A stretch of 64,000 bases of DNA from positions 12,156,923-12,220,922 of the forward strand of contig NC_057752.1 in NCBI RefSeq assembly GCF_004010195.1. Direction: 5' to 3'. Both the position numbers and the translations under genes were made by a program. The notes beneath the pieces were generated by a model. It saw nothing but the letters and a program-made list of their open reading frames with translations. It was not told the DNA's origin and searched no databases. Below are positions 47,916-62,350 of the stretch, one piece after another. Position 1 is the stretch's first letter; each line of letters starts with the position of its first letter. The DNA is from Chiloscyllium plagiosum. Its lineage: Eukaryota.

Positions 47916-49430
47916 ATTCATTCATGGGACACTGGCTTCACTGGCATTATTGCCCATCCATAGTTGCCCTTGAGAAAGTGATAGCGAGCTGTCTTCTTGA
48001 ATCGCTGCAGTCCATGTGCTATAGGTACATCGACAATGCTGTGAGGGAGATCGTGCCACGATTTTGATCGGGAACAGCGATATACTTTCAAGTCAGGATG
48101 GTGAATAGTTTGGAGAGGAACTTGCGGATGGTACCAGCTGTACAAAACTCTGGTGCGGCCGCACTTGGAGTATTGTGTACAGTTCTGGTCACCGCATTAT
48201 AAAAAGGATGTGGAAGCTTTGGAAAGGGTGCAGAGGAGATTTACTAGCATGTTGCCTGGTATGGAGGGAAGGTCTTACGAGGAAGGGCTGAGGGACTTGA
48301 GGCTGTTCTCGTCAGAGAGAAGAAGGTTGAGAGGTGACTTAATAGAGACATACAAGATAATCAGAAGGTTAGATAGGGTGGACAGTGAGAGCCTTTTTCC
48401 AAGTACGGGAATGGCAAACACGAGGGGACACAACTTTAAAGTGAGGGGAGATAGGTATGAGACAGATGTCAGAGGTAGTTTCTTTACTCAGAGAGTAGTA
48501 AGAGTATGGAATGCTTTGCCTACGACGGTAGTAGATTTGCCAAGTTTAAGTGCATTTAAGTCATCATTGGACAGGCATATGGACATACATGGAATAGTGT
48601 AGGTGGGATGGGCTTCAGGTTGGTATGACAGGGTGGTGCAACATCGAGAGCCGAAGGGCCTGGACTGTGCTGTAGTGTTCTATGTTCTATGGTGTTCCCA
48701 TATATCTGCTGCCCTTGTTCTTTGACATTGCAGTGGTCATGGTTTTGGAAGGTACTGTTGAAGGAGCCTCGGTCAATTTATACAGTACATCTTGCAGATA
48801 GTACACACAGCTGCGACTGAACATTGGTGAGGGAGGGAGTGAATGTTGGTGGATGTAGTGTCAATCAAGCGAGCTGCTTTGTCCTGGATGGTATCAAGCT
48901 TATTAAGAGTTATTCTCATTCAGGCAAGTGGAGAGTTTCCTATACTTGTGCCTTGTAGATAGTAGACAGGCTTTGGGGAGTCAGGAAGCGAGTTACTTGC
49001 TGCAGTATTCCTAGCCTCTGACCCGCTCTTGTAGCCACAATACTTATATGGATAGTCCAGTATGATTTCTGGTCAATGATAACCCCTAGGATATTGATAG
49101 TGGAGGGGAACTAGGTGATGGTAATGCCACTGAACATTATGGGGTAGTGGTTACATTCTCTCTGGTTGGAGATGATTTTTATGACGCATGTGCAGCTCAA
49201 GCTTGGATATTCTCCAGCTCTTGATGCAGTTAGATGTGGAATGCTTCTGTATCTGAGTCATTGCGAATGGTGCTGAAAATTATGCAATCAAATGCAAGCA
49301 ACCCACTCCAACCTTCTAATGTGAGCAAGGTCATTGATGAAACAGATGAAAACGTTTGGACCTAAGACATACCCAGAGGAACCTCTGCAGAGATGTCATG
49401 AAGTTGGAACATTTGACTTTCAACAACTAT
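47916..49430. mobile_element. Old minus-strand LINE (L2/CR1 group) interrupted by a CR1 3' fragment (+, about 48133-48690)
   Basis: CR1 ORF VRPHLEYCVQFW with (ttctatg)n tail; flanks are continuous (gatggt..ggtgttccca) and resemble about 19960-20215. Confidence 0.7.
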
Positions 49431-50664
49431 GTTTCATGATTTTCACAAGCAGCGCGTTGAGAATCTCACTAGATACCAGGGAAGTGCCAATTGACAGGGA
49501 TTAACTGGGAGACAGTAAGGACTGCTGGAAGTCAGAGTCAATAGATGTGAAGCGGGAAGAGCATAGCAGGTCAGACAGTATCGGAGGAGCAGGAAAGTCA
49601 ACGTTTCCGGCCAAAACTCTTTGTCAGGACTTTCATGCTCTTCAGATGTTGTCGGACCTGCTGTGCTCTCCCATCTTCACATCTATTGACAGGGATTAAC
49701 GCTTGATGGTACCAATCAATTCTTTAACATTCAGTCGCCTATTTTGTCAAACTCGCCAAACAAGCTAGACATCAGGAAAACTTTACATCGAAACCAGAAC
49801 AGATAACTGGGAACTTCAGCTCGCCGCTTGCTCTGGATGACCTCCATGTTGGACACTAGGCACCAACAGCTCATGGCAAGGTCCATTGAGACCAGCCATG
49901 TGCACCCCATATCCATGGACATTGGCATCCAACATGTGCCACCTTCTGAGAACCTGTATGGAATATTCCAATCCACTTACAGGAAGCTTCTGCACTTTAA
50001 TGCAGCACCTGCGATTATCATTGTAAGGTTGCAGCTCCGCTAATGAACTGGACAAGGTTGCATCTCCAGCCCCTTTGGTCACTGTCACTCACTTTGACCC
50101 TACTTCGATGCTAACAGCATCTCTTCCTTGCATTGTTTTGCCTTGCCCCTAAGCCAGAGATTCCAGGCTCATATCAGTTCTATCTTGCCATGCCATTTAA
50201 TGCATGCACAAAGCCAGGAAGATTGTCATTTTCATGAGCAGGCCTCCCCTCAGGGGTCCTAGTAGAGTAAGTCAAGGCAGCACAGAAACCAGTCCAGCCC
50301 CTGCTTGAGACAGTCAGACTCAAGATTCTCTCCTCATAACGGATAAAGAGCTGAACAATGGGTGGTCTTGACTCTTTCTACCCTACTGAGAGTTTTTTCC
50401 TCACGGAATGAGAAAGAGGCAGGTATAACGGAAAACAAAAGTTGTCTATCACTATTAGTGCAGGTGGAGAGGTGTCTCGAGCGAGTAAATAGACAAGTCA
50501 GAGGGCATGCAGGATTAGTGGTGTTCAGGGTTGGAGTAAGTGAAGATGAATGGGGAAGATGTTGCAAGCAATAACAAGAATGGCAGAACATGAATTTTGG
50601 TAGGTGGTGGGTATAGTAATAGAGATAGAGTGAGTGCGAGTTATCAAACAGAAGATGGTGGTAC

Positions 50665-50856
50665 TTATGCTAGTGAAGCTGTTGTCCAGACAGCGGAGAC
50701 TGCTTTAACTTGGGTGGTAACCTGAGACCAGGTTGATATGGTCAGGTGTCTTAGCCTCCATTGTGGTTTCAGGGGGAAGAGGAAGTTCTGCCTGTGCACC
50801 ACCTTGTCCAGACAGACCTCCAGGAAGTGGGGTACAGATTTCCTCTTATTTGCCAT
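50665..50856 (-). pseudogene. Possible Myb/SANT-like (Harbinger-associated) ORF remnant
   Basis: KRKSVPHF..V..R..LF..W..V...V.AVS pattern resembles trihelix Myb/SANT-like domains; degenerate. Confidence 0.35.
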
Positions 50857-52149
50857 GCCCAGATCAAATGTCAGGAACTATGCAGGGCTCCAGATTGACA
50901 GTGCTTCCCTGCATCCACAACAGGCTTTTAAAGATAGCATAGTTGCAAGGGTCTGTAGGATATCCAGCGCACAGCAAGTTGTTCTGAGAATGGCATGTAA
51001 TAAGACGGGGTGAAAATCAGATTTGTGACAGACTATAGAGATGGGATAGGTAATTAAGGATGTAGGTCTGGTAAGATGGGGCAAGAGAACTTGCTAGGTC
51101 TCACAGCGAGAAACCCTCCAAAAAAAAACTCAACACAATTCAGATGTTTCAAACATGTAAGATTCAGCTCCTACTTTTAATTGTCTTAATTAAAAGCTGC
51201 CCCTTCTATTTCGAATTGCAGCCCACAAATTACACTTTGACTGAAAACCCAACTTATAAGCAAAATTAGACTTGTTTAGCTGACACTTACTTCCACTGCA
51301 GGTACTTGTAGTTTTCCAAATCACTGTGTCCTTTAATATCTTAGGAATCCTACAAGCCATATGCTATTATAAAAACTTAAGAATTCAAGTAGATCCCACC
51401 AGTGTTGTAAAGTCAATTCTTAATAGGAGCCAAATCAGTACGAATATACTTTAGAAAGGCCAGTTGCATTCACAACATTTGACCAGGATTCTATAGAAAG
51501 TTTATGCTTTCATTTTAGGGTGTGCCTGTGTAGTGTAGTGTTTAAGGCCAAGTACAATCCCCACATTTATTTCCATAAAAATCGGCCATTTTGTATATAT
51601 CGAGGCTGATACCTGGGATGAAGGGTTGACTTATGAAGAATGGCTAAATGGTTATGCCTTTATTCATAAAAATGAGAGATGATCTTAAATGATTTCAAGA
51701 AGAGGTGGGTGGATTTGTCAAATATCAGGGATTTAAAGGCTGTGAAGAGCTGACACAAACAAAGGAGTTGAGGCCTAGAGCAAATTAGCCATGCTCTTAT
51801 GAATTGGCAGGGAATGTTTGAGGGGCCGAATGGCCTCCTCCTGATCCTATTTCTCATGTTCTTATGTGCGCGCCAGCCGAAAAAGAACTACTGGATGAAT
51901 TTACCATGCCTGCCTGGAACTTTAGAGCAGCAGGGGATAATGTAATTGGGTGGGATGCAAAAATTCAGTTTCTGGTGGTGTTTACGTTTTGCTGTTAAAT
52001 TCTCAGAGCTTTGGAGACAGGTCATTTTTGCATCTATTAGCATGCCATGAATATTTATTAACATCCCAGCCTGCTGCAATTGTGTTCAAAGTTGCAACCT
52101 TGTTTGGGAAAAAAAAACAGAAAACATGTACATTCACACACCCAACTAC

Positions 52150-54215
52150 TGTATATATATGAGATCCACGCTCAGTGCCCTGCGCAGCCATACGCATACT
52201 CTCGACCTCTCCCTCCATCAGCACTGCACTCAACCTGTTTGTTGAGAACTGTCGACGTGACATCAGTCAATTTAACTTCTCTGCTACCCACCTCACCTAT
52301 TCAAACCCATCTCCCTGTAAACAGACTGCACTCCATGCTCTCAGACCCAACCCTGGCTTCATACTCAAGGCTGCAGCCAAGGGTGGTGTTGTTGTTGTTG
52401 CCTGATTGACTGACCTCTACATTGCACAGGGTCACAGACACCTCTTCCTATCTCCCCCTGATCATGACCCCACCATGGAAACCAGGCTATTGTGTTTACG
52501 ATGGTCACTAATCTCATCTTATTTGGGGATCTCCTCCCCCACAGCCTCCAAGCTCATAGCCTGTTTCTACTTTCTTCCCAATTCCACAAACAGGACTGCC
52601 CAGAAAGAACCATTGTTTATGCCTGCTTCTGCTCCACAAAACTTATTTCTTCCTTCCTTGACTCCGTTTTTCCTCTCCCCCTGTCCAGTCCCCCTCCACG
52701 TACATCCGCAATTCTTCTGATACTTTAAGTCAGTTTCAGAATTTTCAGTTTACAGCCTCCAGCTGCCTACTTTTCATCAGGGACCTAGAATCCCTCTACA
52801 TGTCCATCCCCCATCAGTTTAGTCTTAGATCTTCACTTCTTCCTGGAAAGGAGGCTTGAACCGTCCTGAACCACCACCACCACCCTGTTACATCTAACTC
52901 ATCTTCTCCTCATTTTGGACAACCTCTCATGTAACTCCTCTCACTTTCTTCAGATCAAAGGTATAGCCGTAGGTACCCACACGGCACCATTACACCTGTC
53001 TCTTTGTGGAGTATGTGGCACATTCCTTGTTTTCAATGCTACTCAGGTCCTTTCTCCAGTACTTACTCCACACTTCTAGTGCTTCTTGTAAAGGTTCCAT
53101 TCCATTCTCCCAGTTTCTCTGTTGCATCTATTCTGACGATGCCATCTTCTGCAGGGGTCCTTTGTAAAACTTGGTCACAGGCTGGGGGCATTGCTGGCTA
53201 GGTCAACATTTAATTGCCCACAGGGCAGTTTAAGGGGCTAACCATGTTGCTGTGGGTCTGGAGTCAAATGTAGGCCAGACCATGCAAAGCTGGCAGCTTT
53301 CCTCTCTCAAGGACATTAACGAATCAGGTGGGTTTTTACAACAATGGTCAACATTGTGGTTAGCACTGCTGCCTCACAGCACCAGGGTCCCAGGTTCGAT
53401 TCTAGCCTCGGGTGACTTGTCTGTGTGGAGTTTGCACATTCTCCCCGTGTCTGCGTGGGTTTCCTCCAGGTGCTCCAGTTTCCTCCCATAGTCCAAAGAT
53501 GTGCAGGTTAGGGTGAATTGGCCATGCTAAATTGCCCATAGTCTTAGGTGCATTAGTCAGAGGGAAATGGGTCTGGGTGGGTTACTCTTCGGAGGGTTGG
53601 TGTGAACTGGTCGGGCCGAATGGCCTGTTTCCACACTGTAGGGAATCTAATCATTAAACTCAATGGCAGATATTTGTCGAATTCAAATTCCACCATCTGG
53701 AATGATGGGATTTGAACCCGGGTCCCCAGAACATTGGGTCCCTGGATTAACAATCTAGTAGCATTATCACGAGACTGTCGCGGCCCCTTGAAACACCCAC
53801 CTTTTTCCTCCACCAAGGATTCCCACCACCGTGGTTGACAAGGCTCTTAGCAGAGTCCGATCCATTTCCCACACTTCTGCTCTCTCCCCTCCACTGATGG
53901 AGGACCACGGAGTCTCTCTTTCCACCCCACCAGCCTCCACGTCCAAAGGACCATAAGCCACCATCTCTGCAACCTCCAGCAGGATGCCAGCATCAGACAC
54001 ATATTCCCCTCCCCTCCCTTGTCAGCATTTTGCATTCTCTCTGGGCTCCATCTCCACCTGTCTGCTCACTCCTTTTCCCCCTCATTAGCATATTTACCAC
54101 CTTTTCCTAGCTACGATCAGTCCTGAAGAAGGGTTACTGGACTCAAAGCATTAACTCTGCCTTCTCTCCACAGATGCTGCGAGATTTGCTAAGTTTCTCC
54201 AGCAATTTCTGTTTT
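52150..54215 (+). mobile_element. Decayed Penelope-like element with nested SINEs (HE1 about 53355-53655)
   Basis: ILKAAAKGGVVVV (KxADKG motif), QIKGIAVGT RT motif, degenerate pseudo-LTR at about 54115-54215. Confidence 0.6.
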
Positions 54216-56591
54216 TTGTTTCTCCAGAACCTTAGCCTGGGCCTCTGGATAACTAGTCCAGCAACATCACCAGTGTATCTCAACACAGTTTTACGGTGCC
54301 AATGGTGCTACACTGATATTTGCAATGAAGTGACTGACACACTTTGAGCATGAGGCATATGATGGAGAGGCTCAATACCCAACCTCCTGTGTAATAGTCC
54401 TCTACAGTGGCAACCTTACAATACTAACTCTCATTCATTGAAGCATGAGGTATTGAGTAGACAGTAGGATGTATACAGTTAGAGTGCAACGGATCTTCTT
54501 TTGGAGCAATGGAGTTAGTTTTCTTGACCTACACATGAACACGGACCTCCGCAGCCATCTCTATCCAGGCTGCCTTCATCAGCTGGGATTGGTTCTTGTT
54601 GCCATCCATAGGGAAGAAACATACCTTCCTTCTTGGACAGCCTCAGTAGAACCTTGAGGGAGATGTTGCTAAAGCGTGATGCCATTTTTTGCCTGGTCTC
54701 TGACATCTTCAGTGGTGAGGCAAAGGGGATGGTGGGGAAGAGTGATGAGCTGAGATTGAGTGATGCTCCTGGATTGCAGAGAGTTAAGTGGGTGTCTTTT
54801 AAATATGGAGGGTGGAAGGTCCCAATGGGTCTCAGATATTCCTGCCCATAACGTTTGGTGTTTTATGGGTGCATATGGGATGATAAGAGCATAGAGTGTA
54901 AGCATTCAAGAAAACTTGTGTCGCCCCACAGCATAGGTCCCTTTTGGCCTCTGCCTAAAACTTCAAGCATTAATTTTACATGCAACACAGATGTCAAGTT
55001 CATTTGCAGCAATGATTTGCACTGAATTTCAGAGCACACTTGCACTTACACTGGAAGGGACTGAGTGTCCTGTAGGAAAAGGAGGACCAGAGGAGGGAGT
55101 TATGAGAGTATGGGTAAAGTGTTGCATGAAAATATCCATCATGAATTGAAACTGGTTACTTTGAATCTCTTAGGTATTCAGTTACCATTGTGGCACCCAA
55201 AACTTTTACCGAGAGTATATAAAGAATGGGTCAAAGGGTTATTTAATCAAGTGGGTTACAAAATTGAAGGGGAAAAACAGGAAGTGCACAAGTTTGGCAG
55301 GAGATGCTGCAGGCATTTATGGTGCAGGCATTTCTACAGTTAATGGCCTAGACATCAGTGTTATATGTGATTGATTTTCAATCAATTCACTTCTCAAGTT
55401 AACAGGTATATTAAGATGCAATGAATGAGAATACTAAACTGTGTATTCAGGCGGGGGCACAACTAAAAATGCTACATTTCACGTCGCTAATGTCGTAGAA
55501 TCACATACCCGATGTGATTAACAAGTTAACAAAGGAAGCAGAAAAGAGCGGTCAACATCAGATAAATGTAACTTTGTGTAGTATATATGGCAATTGGATG
55601 TTAGATGAACATTTGGAAGAAATAAAGGATTTTTTTGAGAAAGGCACACAGGTTATATGCTAAGGTTCAGAAAAATAATCAGAGAATCAAGACAGATTCT
55701 AAAACATTAAGGAACATTCTTGGCAGGATGACTTCTGGAACTGGGGGAGTAGTATAAACACAACTGCATGGGTTCACATTATTTCACATCCTGTAATCCT
55801 GTTAAGACATGATAATCTTAAAAGCTGCAATGCGTGAAGCACAATGTTTATTATTCTATTACTCTTGCAATTTATTTACTGATCATTGTTCTGTAATTCA
55901 CTTATTGGTTTGCTTATATCTGTACCGCATAATGAAATGGTGCATCATTTTAAGTTGTGCACGGTGTAGCAACTCAGCTTGGATATAAATTGATATGATG
56001 GGAAGTAGCTAATTACTAAAAATATTACTAAATCTTAAAAGTAATGAACAAAGAAGAGGGGCTGCGATACTGTAAACTTCAAACCTTTGATAACTTAATG
56101 GATTGAAATAATAAACAATAACTGTCTGGTATAAACTGTTTCCCGAGATGAAAAGGGCAAAGAGAAACTGTTATAAAGGAATTAAAAGCATCATGCAAAT
56201 TAACCATCTCTGGGAAGAAACAACATAAACAATCAGTTTCCTGGGAGAGAAGAGATAACAACTGCGTGATAATCTGTTCCCTCATGACAAATGGACAATT
56301 AAGTCTGCCAGCAGAAGGGATGTCCTGATGTAAAGGAGGTAAATGCAGGAACAGCTTTGCTTTAAATGGACAGCTAACCCCCAATATAACAAAGAACAGG
56401 GGAGCTACTTCTGATAAAGAAGACAAGCTCCAGACTTGAGGTTTCCAGAAATGTAATCAATGTTGAGGATGAAAAATTCTATTGAGTCATCAATAATGTC
56501 ACAGCACAAACTTGAAAGAGAGAAAATTACTTAAGAATCCAATACCAGAACAAGTCTGTAGCAGAACTTCAAAAGGACAACACTGCACAAT

Positions 56592-56905
56592 CATAGAATC
56601 CCTACAGTGTGAAAACAGACCCTTCGGCCTAACAAGTCCAGACTGATCCTCGAAAGAGTAACCCACCCAGACGCATTCCCCCTACTCTAATATCCCACAT
56701 TTACCCATGACTAATGCACCTAACCTACACATCCCTAAACACTATGGGCAAGTTCCCATGACCAATCCACCCCAACCTGCTCATCTTTGAATTGTGGGAG
56801 GAAACCAGAGCACCCGGAGGAAACCCACAAAGACATGGAGAGAATGTACAAACTCCATACAGACAGTCGCCTGAGGCTGGAATCGAACCTGGGTCCCTAG
56901 CTGCC
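56592..56905 (-). mobile_element. HE1-type SINE
   Basis: Reverse V-SINE sequence with tail. Confidence 0.8.
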
Positions 56906-57149
56906 CATAAGGATTGAATTCTGGACACTTCTAGAGCCAGACTGCTTTCAAGTGGAATCCTAGCCAGATTCCACCATTAAATTGGGTAATAGCCAAGTTG
57001 GGTTGAGAGGATTAACCTACTTACTTGAGTGGTCTTATTTTAGTTGCTACATGCAATAAAGTTTAAATTGTTGTTTCAGCATTTGATGGTCTTTGAGGTT
57101 GTTTAATAAGTAGCTGAATTAAAGGTAACTTGTAGTGAGTTTACCTACA

Positions 57150-58808
57150 ACACTGACTGTTCCATTAGGGGTACCACCTGGTAATGGAAAGCAGTCATGA
57201 CACTGAATTTTCTGAACATGCTACCGGTCACAGCTAACATTTTAGACTCTGGACACAAAGATCCCATCCTTCCTAAAGTAAAATAATTGGTATTAATTGG
57301 GGAAGCAAAAGGGTCGTCGCAGCTCGAATTAAAGCCTTTTTGGACCTGAAGGGACCAGCTCACGATAGAGGATGGCATATTGTTATGGGGAGTAAGGCCA
57401 TTGTCAAATACTGGCTGAACTCCACTGGGGCCATCCAGAGATCTCAAAAATGAAGATGTTGGCAAGGAGTTATGTCTGATCACCAGCCTTGGATGCTGAC
57501 ATAGTGGCATTGGTGTAACAGTGCCCAGAGTGTCAACAAGGACAATAGTTACTGCCATCAGCTTCCCTGCATCCCTGGGAATGGCTGGGTAAACCTTAGA
57601 CTCAGTTGCATGTCGACTATGCAGGTCTTTTCATGGGTTCAATGTTCTTAGTCATTGTAGGTGCCTACTCAAAGTGGTTGGACATGTATAGGGTCCATGC
57701 ATCAAACACTGCAGCAACGAGAGGAAGTCACATGCATCTTTTGCAACAGACGGAGTCCCAGAGATATTGGTCACAGATAACTAAATAGGTATTGGCCATC
57801 GTTTACCAGCAGGGACTTTAATTACTTCTTAAAAGTCAAATGAGATTTGACATATTAGACAGTTCCATATCACTCATCATCCAATGACCTAGCAGAAAGC
57901 ACAGTCCAAACTTTGAAGGTTGAACTGAAGAAACAACCTATAGCCTCAACAGATACCAAGTTGTCATGGTTCTTGTTTGATTATGGAACCACCCCACATG
58001 CAATGACAGGGATAGCAGTGGCAGAGCTGCTAATGGGTAGAAGACTCCACCCTAGGTTAAGTCTGATCTTCCTGGACCTGAGGGTGGTGAAGCGGCATCA
58101 GAAACGTCAATGCCAGGCACAAGACTCCACCAAGTGAGACAAGTTGTTACAGGGGACAAAGTTTAGTGCAGGAATCATGTAAATGGGTAAGAAGCATGAT
58201 CAACATGAGATCTGGAGCAGTGACTTCTGATGGTTACATAGATGTGACTGCCCCGATGTGGACCATTTGAAATCTGGAGGAAAACCTGCCCTGTCCCTTG
58301 AAGCCTTCAGAAATACTTCAGTGAAACATTGATTCATCGTCTCCATCAAACGTTGAATTAGAGATGGACATGACAAAAGTAGCCACCTTGATGCTTCTGC
58401 CTCCGGAAGAAGGAAGTGAAAGTCTATTGAGACATTCCAGGTGCAAGAGGTGAACTGCCATTTGTTACCCGCCATGTTGGATTCCGATTTGGAGGAACCT
58501 GACCCGGTGGTAAAACAGCCTAGGAGCCTCTCAAAGGAATCGGATTGTCCGGTATCCGTGGACTCAGAGAGAAAGGGACGTAGGGACTGTAATGAGATCA
58601 GCCAGCTGGACCTTAGAGAATCAGAGTTCCCTGATTGGGACTGTTAATCTGATGCAATCAGGGAGACCTGGCTGACACAAAAGGATAAATGTCAGGGCTA
58701 TTGAACCGGAATGCCTGACTCAAGAGAGGCAGTGCTATTGTCAATGGCTATACACTTGTGAAGAAAGGTTGACTGGTGAATAATGCCAGCCTCAGAAGTG
58801 TTATATCA
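57150..58808 (+). mobile_element. Gypsy LTR retrotransposon 3' part: integrase remnant, PPT, 3' LTR (58588-58808)
   Basis: HVDYAGLFMGSMFLVIVGAYSKW, AELLMGRRL; purine tract agagagaaagggacgtagggac directly before TGTAATGAG...TATCA. Confidence 0.8.
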
Positions 58809-59696
58809 CACAACTTCCAGCAACTGATGAAGGGAAACAAATAGGCCCTCTTCAGGCTTGAAATGCTATCATATAGAGCAAAACACAGTTTTTTTCCCTT
58901 ACACAAGTCTGATGGCATCTCCTCTGATGACATTCACACCTCCGAACACTTCAGCTACGTAGGAGCCAATCACACAGTTGTTGGCTAGCAGGAGGCCTTT
59001 ATCGTCGATAGTCTGTGGGCTACTTGTTGCTGACCTAATCTCTGTCAGACATACCCTTTGGCTCCATCATATCAGTAACTAGACCTTCCCCACTGCTTGA
59101 ATCAACAGCTGTGTAAACAGCACCTACAATGAGGGTCAGGTGAACTTGCTTCTGAAAAATGCAGCAATCCTTCAACAATCCTTGGCTTTTAAACTAGTCC
59201 TTTGCCTATTTCCAACTTCAATCAAAAACACAAAAAAAAACAAGATATGGTCCTTGTACTATACTTTTATTTATTCTTTCAAGGGATGTAGGCATCATTG
59301 AAATAATATATTGGCCCTCTCCAACTGCCTTTGAGAACTGCTGCAATCCATATGAACATACAAAAGGAAGAAGAGTAGGCCATTTGAGAATCCCAAGCCA
59401 CTTAAGAGGATCATACTGTTTGGTTTACATCTACCCCTGATAATCGTAGATTCTTGTTTGGCAAAGGAATCAATCTATCTCTGCCTTAAAAGTATTCAAT
59501 GACCCTATTACCACTGCCTTGTAAAACAGGGAGTTCAAAAATCACATGACCCTCCTTTGGTGTCAGTATGTACCATATATCTATATAGCAATATATATTA
59601 TAATATATCAATAATATTAGATATATATAATATAGATATAGTAATGTAGCTTCACCTCAAGGTGATGCGAGGCTTGGAGAGGAACTTGCAGGCACT

Positions 59697-60241
59697 GGTC
59701 ATAGTCATAGAGTCATGGAGATGTACAGCACGGAAACAGACCCTTCGGTCCAACCCGTCCATGCCGACCAGATATCCCAACCCAATCTAGTCCCACCTGC
59801 CAGCACCCGGCCCATATCCCTCCAAACTCTTCCTATTCATATACCCATCCAAATGCCTCTTAAATGTTGCAATTGTACCAGTCTNNNNNNNNNNNNNNNN
59901 NNNNNNNNNNNNNNNNNNNNNNNNNNNNNNNNNNNNNNNNNNNNNNNNNNNNNNNNNNNNNNNNNNNNNNNNNNNNNNNNNNNNNNNNNNNNNNNNNNNN
60001 NNNNNNNNNNNNNNNNNNNNNNNNNNNNNNNNNNNNNNNNNNNNNNNNNNNNNNNNNNNNNNNNNNNNNNNNNNNNNNNNNNNNNNNNNNNNNNNNNNNN
60101 NNNNNNNNNNNNNNNNNNNNNNNNNNNNNNNNNNNNNNNNNNNNNNNNNNNNNNNNNNNNNNNNNGAGCTATGAACCTGCACTCCAAGGTCTCTTTGTTC
60201 AGCAACACTCCCTAGGACCTTACCATTAAGTGTATAAGTCC
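59697..60241 (-). mobile_element. CR1 3' end spanning a gap
   Basis: Same 3' sequence as 1285-1460; CR1 sequence continues after the gap. Confidence 0.8.
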
Positions 60242-62134
60242 TTTCCCACGTGTCTGCTGCTCTTGTCCTTTTAAGGGATAGAGATTGTGGGTTTGGAAAG
60301 AGCTGTTAAAACAGCCTTGTTGAGTTACTGCAATGAATGTTATAGATGCTACACACTGCTGGCATTGTGTGCTAGTGGTGTACACAGTGAGCATTGGAAG
60401 GTGGTGGACATGGTGCTGATGAAGCAGCCAGCTTTTTTCCTGGATGGTGTTGAGCTTCTTAAGTGTTGTTGGAGCTGCACTCATCTAGCAAGTGGAGGCA
60501 AGGGGGTGGGGGACAGAATCTCATTAGAAACCTATAAAATTATAACAGGACCAGACAGGTTAGATGTCAGAAGGATGTTCCCGCTGGTCCAGCACCAGGT
60601 CATAATTTAAGGCTAAGGAGTTGTTGGCCGGGGGCTGCTCACACATAAAAACAGCAAGCTTGTAAACTGAAGTTACCTGAGCTCCAGCCACTGGTTTGAA
60701 CCAGTTGAGCCCTGATGATGACATAAGGTGCAAGTCCTTATTTGGAGGAAGAATAATGAAGTAATCCTAAGGGTGTCCTTGGAGTGAGCCTGTAGTGGGA
60801 AGACACCAGCGCTCAGATGAGCTGAGAGCCAAAAAGAACAAGACACCACAATTCAGGAAGATAAGGAAAAAGGATAGGAATCAAAGATTTCAGTGTGCCA
60901 TCAGCAAGAACTTTGGAGAGCAATCTTTGTGAAGTGGAACCCCATACTTGAAAGTGTGGAGAAGACACCCCAGACCTGGGAGAAGTGCCCAGCCAGCGTA
61001 ATCTTCTATTGTTGGGTAACAGCTTTTATTTTGCTGACTGCTCAGAGAGAGCATCTTTCAAAAGCTAATGGGATTCAGGTTTAAATTTTAGCCTTGTTTG
61101 AATTGCATACTTGCTCTTAACCTTCTTCGAACCAAACGGTGTGAGTTGTATGTCTGTTTTAACTTAACTAACAAAGGTAGTCATTAGTAAATATGAATTT
61201 GACTCTTTTCCTCTTTGTACTGAGCTAATAATTGCTGTTTAGGGAGTTAACAGGCAACAGGGTAAACCTTTTGGGACTGAGATGCGGAGAAATGTCTTCA
61301 CCCAGAGCATAGTGAGCCTGAATTCACTGCCACACAAAGTGGTTGAGGCCAAAACAAGGTGTTTGCAGGGAGGGAGTAGATTTAGTTCTTATGGCTAAAC
61401 GGATCAAGGGATTGGGGGGGAGGGGAGAAGAGGTAGGATAAAAAAAGGTACTGAGCTCAATGATCAGCCATGAACTCGAGGGGTTGAATGGCCTACTCCC
61501 GCTTCTATGTTCCCACTTCTCTTAATTTATCTGTATAGTGATTGTATCTTTCACAATTAAGTGACGACATTTATGACAATTTGGGAGCAGAGAAACAAAA
61601 TTAGTTAGACTTTAATGATTCCTGTCCCAGTAAATATGGAGGCATTGAGAAACACAAAATTAAGGAGGACAGTTATTATGTGATAAGCTGACAAAAACTT
61701 CAATTTTTAAGTGTGAACATTGAAACCTATAATGGAGAAAAGATCAACAATGATATGTGCATTCAGACATCTGATTGTATCATAAAACCTATACGCTCCA
61801 GTGTATGGCATTGTTCTGAAGTCAGATTTCACAAGGACAGTATAGAAAAGAAAGTTTCTGCTGCTGGAGGTGGATGGGTATCACCTTTTTACCCAAAATT
61901 CTAACTATTACACACTATGTAATTCCTTGGTGCAAAAAAATCCAAACAGGTCAAACTCAATTTCTCTGAAGTCTGCAAACTGGATTCCAAAATGAAATGC
62001 CTGGTTTACCTTCTGCGTGAAATTGCTTGAGTTATTCTTTCATCAAAAGCCAGAGGCATTGCATTCCTACATGACAACCAAACCTCCAGTTTGTTGAATT
62101 TGTTCACACCACTCCTAAATCCAAAAAAAGAGCA

Positions 62135-62350
62135 CTTTTATCGCATTATTCATGGCCACCAAATGCCTCAAAGCACTTCACAGTCAATGCAATAACACTT
62201 AATATTCTCTGCTGTAATTCAGGAAATACATCAACTAATTTTGCACACAGCAAACTCTCACAGATAACTATGTGATCATGACCTGAAAATCTGCTCTTTG
62301 TGGCGTTAGTTGAGCAATAAAATTTGGTCTGGACACCAGGTTTAACCCCT
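62135..62350 (-). mobile_element. Deu-domain SINE remnant (AmnSINE1/SacSINE1-like)
   Basis: aagcacttcacagtcaatg..aattttgcacacagcaaactctcaca..ggacaccagg resembles the reverse complement of the Deu domain and tail. Confidence 0.6.

Noticed and set aside
59572..59641. AT-rich (TA)n-like tract
   Set aside because: Ordinary low-complexity sequence.
39566..60229. ORFs containing long X runs
   Set aside because: Artefacts of translating through assembly gaps.
42440..62070. Possible VDR 5' non-coding exons at minus-strand donor-like sites near 42447, 51289 and 62009
   Set aside because: Only splice-like hexamers; no coding signal or transcript evidence.
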